From assembly GCA_040389905.1 (NCBI GenBank), contig JAZJZK010000058.1:1-31018 (forward strand): 31,018 bases of DNA, written 5' to 3'. This document shows, piece after piece, positions 25,738-31,018 of this stretch. Made by a program: the position numbers and the translations under genes. Source of the stretch: Gemmatimonadota bacterium (GTDB lineage Bacteria; Gemmatimonadota; Gemmatimonadetes; Gemmatimonadales; Gemmatimonadaceae). Position 1 is the first letter of the stretch. Each line of letters opens with the position of its first letter. The notes below the pieces were generated by a model. The model saw only the letters and a list, made by a program, of their open reading frames with translations, made no database searches and was not told where the DNA came from.

Positions 25738-28088
25738 CGCGGCGGTGGGATTCGAAATGGGTTCGTATCCCGACGGGCGCGATTCGTATCCACCGCGGGA
25801 CGGGACGTGTCGCGCGGAGGACGCGTGGTGTCGCGCGGCGGGTTGATGCGGGGGATCGGCGTCGCGCCAGGTGTCAATCGCTGTGGACGGGAAAACACCG
25901 TCGAATCAGGTATGCGCGGCCGCGTCGTGTCCGGAGTGGGCGCCACCGGATATGGCGACGTCGTGGGGGGCCGGGTGGTCGCGCCGAATCCCGTGTCCGG
26001 GAATTGCACCACGGGAGGTGTGCACGTCTGCGAGGGATCTGTACCGGCGATGAAATACTCCGTGGCTTGTGCGCACCCCGTTGTCCAAAGCAACCCCGAT
26101 ACGGGATCGATTTGCCGTACGACAATTCCATCGGGGCGTGGCCAGTCAGGCGGCGCCGGCTTGCGGCGATACACCTCGCGCATGAAGGCGGTCCACGCGG
26201 GCGCGGCGAGCACGCCACCCTGCGCATTGCCCTTGATCTTCTGCGGTTTGTCGAGCCCCATCCAGACGCCGGCCACGAGGTCGGAGGTGTATCCGATGAA
26301 CCACACGTCCGCCCCGTCGTTCGTCGTTCCCGTCTTGCCGCCTGCGGGATAGTTGAACAGGCTGCCGACCGAACCTGCCGCCGTGCCGCGACGGATCACG
26401 TCCTTCATCATGCTGACCATGATCCACGCCTCCTCCGGCGACATGACGGGCACACGATTGACGGTGGGCTCCCAGAGCACGTCACCCTTCGCGTTCTCGA
26501 CGCGGATGATCGGCGTCGGGCTCGCGCGCGTGCCGAGCGTCGCGAAGGCCGAATAGGCAGCAATCATCTCGATGGGATAGACGTCCGCCGCACCGATGCT
26601 GATCGACGGATAGGGGGGAATGGGAGTCGTCAGCCCGAACTTCCGCGCCATGTCGATGACGCTCTGTGGACCGAGCTCCATGCCCACCTTGATGGCGATG
26701 ATGTTGCGCGACTGGTAGAGACCGCGACGCATCGGCATCGGACCTTCGAACTTGCCGTCGTAGTTCTGCGGAGTCCAGTCGCTTCCATCTGCCTGCGGAA
26801 CGGTGACCGGCGAATCGTCGACAATGTAGGACGGCGGCTTCCCGTTCTGTACCGCGTCCGCATAGACCACCGGCTTGAAGGTGGATCCGGGCTGCCGAAG
26901 CGCCTGAATGGCACGATTGAACTTGGAGTCGTCGAAGTCACGTCCGCCGACCAACGCGCGAACGGCGCCGGTACGCGGATCCATCGCGATGAACGAGCCC
27001 TGGAGGTACGGAGAATTCGCGGCAGCCGCCTCCCCTGCTCGCTCCGCCGCGCGCGACAGATACGACTCGAATGAGACATGTGTGTAATTGCCGAACTTCC
27101 CGGATTCGATCGCGCGCATCTGGTTCTCGAGCGCTCGTTCCGCGGCGGACTGGAGGTCGACATCGAGCGTCGTGAAGACCTTGAGTCCCTGCTCGTACAG
27201 CTTCTGCCCGAACTGGGTCTCGAGTTGCTGCCGAACCCACTCCACGAAGTATGGGGCGACATCTCCCGCTTCAGACTTGCGCGCGAGCTGCAGGGGATAG
27301 GCCTTCGCGAGACTCGCGTCGGCGTCGCTGATGGCACCCTGCGAGCGCATGACCTCGATGACGGTATTGCGGCGCTGAATCGCGCGCTCGGGAAACCGGC
27401 GGGGATTATATCGTTCCGGTGCCTTTGGAAGGCCGGCGAGAAGCGCCGCCTCGGGAAGGTTGATGTCGCGCGCAGACTTGCCGAAGTACCGCTGGGCCGC
27501 GGTTTCGACGCCGAATGCGCCATTGCCCAACGAGATCTGATTCATGTAGAGCTCGAGGATCTTGTCCTTCGAGTACTTGGCTTCGATCGCGCGGGCGACC
27601 TTCATCTCCTTCAGCTTACGTACGAGCGATTTTTCACGCGACAACCGCTCGGGAAAGATGTTGCGCGCGAGCTGCATCGTGATCGTCGAGAAGCCCTCGG
27701 CAAAGCTCCGGACCTTGATGTCCGCCCAGAGCGCGCCCGGAATGCGTAGAAAGTCCACGCCTTTGTGCGAATAGAAGCGCTTGTCTTCATTCTGGACCAC
27801 GGCGTTTTTCAGGATCTCGGGAATCTGGCCGATCTTGAGCAGCGTGCGCCGCTCGAGGCCGAGCTCGGCGACGAATCGCCCATCGGCAGCATAGAGCTTC
27901 GAGGTCTGCCGAGGTTGATACTCGTCGAGTACTTCGACCGATGGACACGCGCCCGCTCGACAGACCAGCGCCCAGCTCGCGTACCCGAAACCTGCTCCGA
28001 ACGAAACGAGAAAAGTCAGCGCCACGGCAAGCCCGCGGGACAAACGCGGGTTCTTGCGGCGGAAATTCTTCGAGAACGGGAAATCCAT
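25734..28088 (-). CDS. Class A penicillin-binding protein (PBP1A family)
   Basis: TM anchor, transglycosylase EDKRFYSH and STITMQLARN, transpeptidase STFK, SRN and KTGT motifs. Confidence 0.95.
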   Translation of the reverse strand: MDFPFSKNFRRKNPRLSRGLAVALTFLVSFGAGFGYASWALVCRAGACPSVEVLDEYQPRQTSKLYAADGRFVAELGLERRTLLKIGQIPEILKNAVVQNEDKRFYSHKGVDFLRIPGALWADIKVRSFAEGFSTITMQLARNIFPERLSREKSLVRKLKEMKVARAIEAKYSKDKILELYMNQISLGNGAFGVETAAQRYFGKSARDINLPEAALLAGLPKAPERYNPRRFPERAIQRRNTVIEVMRSQGAISDADASLAKAYPLQLARKSEAGDVAPYFVEWVRQQLETQFGQKLYEQGLKVFTTLDVDLQSAAERALENQMRAIESGKFGNYTHVSFESYLSRAAERAGEAAAANSPYLQGSFIAMDPRTGAVRALVGGRDFDDSKFNRAIQALRQPGSTFKPVVYADAVQNGKPPSYIVDDSPVTVPQADGSDWTPQNYDGKFEGPMPMRRGLYQSRNIIAIKVGMELGPQSVIDMARKFGLTTPIPPYPSISIGAADVYPIEMIAAYSAFATLGTRASPTPIIRVENAKGDVLWEPTVNRVPVMSPEEAWIMVSMMKDVIRRGTAAGSVGSLFNYPAGGKTGTTNDGADVWFIGYTSDLVAGVWMGLDKPQKIKGNAQGGVLAAPAWTAFMREVYRRKPAPPDWPRPDGIVVRQIDPVSGLLWTTGCAQATEYFIAGTDPSQTCTPPVVQFPDTGFGATTRPPTTSPYPVAPTPDTTRPRIPDSTVFSRPQRLTPGATPIPRINPPRDTTRPPRDTSRPAVDTNRARRDTNPFRIPPPR

Positions 28089-28168
28089 GAGGGAACGTTA
28101 ACGCTCGGCGAGGGGGCTGACCAACGTGCCAGCTGACACGAGTGTTCACCTCTGTCTAGTTTTGTGCC

Positions 28169-29485
28169 ATGGACACGACAGGCGTACTCGAAGAGCTGGA
28201 GTGGCGGGGGCTGGTCTATCAGCGTACCGAGGGGGTGGCCGACCTCCTTTCGAAGGAGGGAGCGTCCGCATACATCGGATTCGACCCCACGGGAAGCAGC
28301 CTGCACGTGGGCAGCCTCCTGGTCATCATGATTCTCGTGCATCTGCAGCGCCATGGGCATCGCCCGGTCGCGCTCGTTGGTGGCGGCACGGGCATGATTG
28401 GCGATCCCAGCGGGAAAACCGTTGAACGCCAGCTGCTCACACCGGAAATCGTTGCGGCGAACACGGCTGCTATTCGGGCACAGCTCGAGCGCTTTCTCGA
28501 CTTCGACGGACCGAGCGCCGCGCGCATGCGTGACAACGCCGCGTGGCTGACGCCGCTCGGCATGGTGGAGTTTCTCCGTGATACGGGAAAGCACTTCACC
28601 GTGAACTACATGCTCCAGAAGGATTCCGTCCGCTCGCGGATGGACGCCGGCATTTCGTTCACTGAGTTCTCGTACATGCTGCTCCAGGCGTACGATTTCC
28701 TCGAGTTGCGCCGGAGGGATGGTGTGACGCTCCAGCTTGGCGGAAGCGACCAATGGGGCAATATCACAGCGGGGATCGAGTTGATTCGCCGCGTGGACGG
28801 CGTGGAAGCCCACGGATTGACCATTCCACTCGTGACCAGCTCGACGGGCGCGAAGTTCGGAAAGACGGAGGCGGGCGCCGTGTGGCTGGACGCCGAGCGG
28901 ACATCGCCGTACGCGTTCTACCAGTTCTGGCTCGCGACGGAAGACCGGGACGTGGGCCGGTATCTCCGCTTCTTCACGCTGTTGGACCGGCCTGAGATCG
29001 AAGCACTCGAGGCCGGGGCGATCGCGGCTCCGGAACAGCGCATCGCCCAGCGTGCGCTGGCGCGGGACGTCACGCGTCGCGTGCACGGAGACGTCGCGCT
29101 TCAGGCTGCGGAACAGGTGTCCGGTTTCTTTTTCGGCGGGTTGGATCCGAATGAGTTGACGGAGGCCGCGTTCGCGATCTTGAGAGCTGATTCGCCGTTC
29201 GCAGACGTGTCGGCGTCGGCAATCACCAGCGACGCGGATAGCGGTGCCTTCGACGTGCTCAAGCTGCTGACGGCCTCCGGCCTGGCTGCGTCGAACGGCG
29301 CCGCGAAGCGACTGCTGGAGCAAGGCGGAGTTTCCGTCAACAAGCGCAAGGTGGCGGCGTCGGAGCGCAGCATCGCGCGCGACGCTGCGCTGTTGGCGGG
29401 CGGACACATCGTGATTGGCAAGGGAAAGCGCGATCACGCGCTGCTGCGAGTTGCGTTCACCGAACCCAACGATGCCGTGGTCTGA
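28169..29485 (+). CDS. tyrS: Tyrosine--tRNA ligase
   Basis: GFDPTGSSLHVGS, YMLLQAYDF, GGSDQWGNI, KFGKT and C-terminal S4-like domain. Confidence 0.97.
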   Translation: MDTTGVLEELEWRGLVYQRTEGVADLLSKEGASAYIGFDPTGSSLHVGSLLVIMILVHLQRHGHRPVALVGGGTGMIGDPSGKTVERQLLTPEIVAANTAAIRAQLERFLDFDGPSAARMRDNAAWLTPLGMVEFLRDTGKHFTVNYMLQKDSVRSRMDAGISFTEFSYMLLQAYDFLELRRRDGVTLQLGGSDQWGNITAGIELIRRVDGVEAHGLTIPLVTSSTGAKFGKTEAGAVWLDAERTSPYAFYQFWLATEDRDVGRYLRFFTLLDRPEIEALEAGAIAAPEQRIAQRALARDVTRRVHGDVALQAAEQVSGFFFGGLDPNELTEAAFAILRADSPFADVSASAITSDADSGAFDVLKLLTASGLAASNGAAKRLLEQGGVSVNKRKVAASERSIARDAALLAGGHIVIGKGKRDHALLRVAFTEPNDAVV

Positions 29486-29502
29486 TTGAGCTTCGGCTTC
29501 AG

Positions 29503-29532
29503 TTGACGGTAGTCGCCGGGCCGCGCTAAACT
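29503..29532 (+). promoter_or_regulatory. sigma70 promoter of the ankyrin gene leader
   Basis: TTGACG-18 nt-TAAACT. Confidence 0.7.
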
Positions 29533-29537
29533 TCGTT

Positions 29538-29668
29538 GGCGCGCAGGACGCCCCCCGTCCGCGGGAAGGACCGAGTCCACCTGGGCAGTCAGCGCACGAC
29601 AACGGTTCACGCGAACCTCCTTTCGCCCGACGAATGCGGACCCCGGGCACTCTTCAAGGAGGCTCGTC
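29538..29668 (+). ncRNA. Candidate structured cis-regulatory 5' leader RNA (unassigned family)
   Basis: Nested stems, an anti-SD/SD hairpin and GTCCGC/GCGGAC long-range complementarity; see findings. Confidence 0.6.
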
Positions 29669-30922
29669 ATGCCCGTTCGTCACCTTCCCGACCGTCCTGA
29701 TGTAGAGCAACTCCGGCATCAGGCCAAAGACCTGCTGAGGGAGTTCCGCGGGGGAAACCCGGCTGCAATCGCCGATTTCGCTGACCATCATCCAGAGCGA
29801 ATCGCTGCCGCGACCGCAAAGCTCGCCGACGCGCAGTTGGTGCTTGCCCGCAGCTATCAGTGCTCGAGCTGGCCGCTGCTCGTGGGCGTCTGTCATGCGA
29901 TCGCCTCGATGACATGCGAGGACTTTGCTGCGCTTCGCGAGGTTGTAACGGCACATCCGTCGCTGCTCGGACGGCCGACAGATTCAGCTCAGTTCGGATG
30001 GCGTGTCGCGGTGACGCACGCGGCGCAGGAGGCGATGGTCCTGATCATTGAGAGACTCAGCCGGAACGGTTTCAGGAACTTCGACGCGGTCGTAGCGGAC
30101 CGCGAACAGCGCCACTGGCTTGACACCGTTCGCGTACTCGGAAGGCTCGGCGCTCGATTCCCGCGCGACGCGATCGGCGGCGCTTTGGAAGTGCTCGATG
30201 GTTCCAACATCGCGTTCATGGTGGAGATTGCCGGCGATATCAGGGACGAGAACGGCGAATGGCGGTCGCGAGCTGCCCTCACGCTCGAGACGTATGCACG
30301 AAATCCCGCTGGCAAACACCGTATTCTCGAGACGATGGTCGATCAGGGCATTCCCTTTCCTGACACTCCCACGATGGCGGTTCATCGAGGGCGGCTCGAC
30401 CTGCTCGAGCAGCATCTCGTTCGCGATTCTCGTTTACTCGTGCGGACGTTCGCGCACTGCGACATCTGGCCCTCGGACCTGGGCTGTCACGCGGATGAAT
30501 CGCTGGCGCTGCATGGAGTGCCGCTGGCCGGCGCGACACTCTTGCACATGGCTGTGGACTACGAGGAGATCGATGTCGTGCGCTGGCTGCTCGACCACGG
30601 CATGGACGTGAATGTCCGTGCCGATGTCGATGCGGACGGCTTTGGTGGGCACACGCCGCTCTTCAACTGTGTGATCACGTGGAACGCAGGCCACCGCGAT
30701 ACGTCGATCACCACGTTCCTGCTCGACCGCGGTGCGGACCCGAACGCCATGGCGTCCATTCGGAAGGGGCTGGCCTTCGCGAAGGACCCCTCCGTCCACG
30801 AATACCGAGACGTAACGCCGGTGGAACTCGCGCGCCGATTCCATGAGCCGTCGTATGTCCACAAACCATCGGTCAAGATCATCGAGGAGCGCGGCGGACG
30901 CGCGGGTGAACGCGTTAACTGA
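29669..30922 (+). CDS. Ankyrin-repeat protein with N-terminal LPDRPDVEQLRHQAKDLL helical domain
   Basis: TLLHMAV...LLDHGMDVN and GHTPLF...LLDRGADPN ankyrin repeats; strong AAGGAGG SD. Confidence 0.88.
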   Translation: MPVRHLPDRPDVEQLRHQAKDLLREFRGGNPAAIADFADHHPERIAAATAKLADAQLVLARSYQCSSWPLLVGVCHAIASMTCEDFAALREVVTAHPSLLGRPTDSAQFGWRVAVTHAAQEAMVLIIERLSRNGFRNFDAVVADREQRHWLDTVRVLGRLGARFPRDAIGGALEVLDGSNIAFMVEIAGDIRDENGEWRSRAALTLETYARNPAGKHRILETMVDQGIPFPDTPTMAVHRGRLDLLEQHLVRDSRLLVRTFAHCDIWPSDLGCHADESLALHGVPLAGATLLHMAVDYEEIDVVRWLLDHGMDVNVRADVDADGFGGHTPLFNCVITWNAGHRDTSITTFLLDRGADPNAMASIRKGLAFAKDPSVHEYRDVTPVELARRFHEPSYVHKPSVKIIEERGGRAGERVN

Positions 30923-30966
30923 GTAGTGGAGCGTTGCGCCACTATTGATAGCGCCTGTTGCCCAGT

Positions 30967-30981
30967 TGTCACCCCGAGCGA
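30967..30981. repeat. Truncated family D repeat arm
   Basis: TGTCACCCCGAGCGA is the exact reverse complement of 22744-22758. Confidence 0.7.
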
Positions 30982-31018
30982 GAGACTGTGTGAAAACCCG
31001 GCTGTGAATAGTAGATTG
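30982..31018. mobile_element. Probable IS terminal inverted repeat (IS1182/IS5-like end), element truncated by the window edge
   Basis: GAGACTGTGTGAAAAC abruptly replaces the rest of the repeat and resembles IS1182-type ends. No transposase is visible. Confidence 0.45.

Noticed and set aside
29486..29668. T-box, tRNA or known riboswitch after tyrS
   Set aside because: It lies downstream of tyrS, has no T-box motif or cloverleaf, and shows no TPP, SAM, cobalamin or c-di-GMP consensus that I can recognise. Kept as an unassigned leader.

Overview
GC-rich bacterial chromosomal window. Gene content and protein style suggest Gemmatimonadota (inference, not verified). The left edge is the 5' end of a minus-strand 23S rRNA gene. 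It has its own tandem sigma70 promoters and boxA, and no 16S or tRNA upstream, so it looks unlinked. Next come an rlmI-like methyltransferase, mutM, a CDF transporter and a methyltransferase-like protein. A candidate sigma54 promoter then precedes a 48-aa peptide, an HExxH metallopeptidase and a non-canonical Ddl-like ATP-grasp ligase. These converge on a 43-aa histone-H1-like protein and a Tat-signal TldD/TldE pair. Further along are tdh-kbl, an outer-membrane protein, mpg, an NYN-LOTUS protein and yjbQ, then an NtrY/NtrX-like operon with a small membrane protein, an Omp85-like barrel and a DUF4390-like protein. The last genes are an HNH nuclease, amidohydrolase, PHP protein, PBP1A, tyrS and an ankyrin-repeat gene. 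The ankyrin gene has a highly structured ~130-nt leader (SD-sequestering hairpin plus long-range pairing), the best candidate here for an undescribed cis-regulatory RNA. Several families of palindromic intergenic repeats are present, and the right edge looks like an IS end inserted into one of them.
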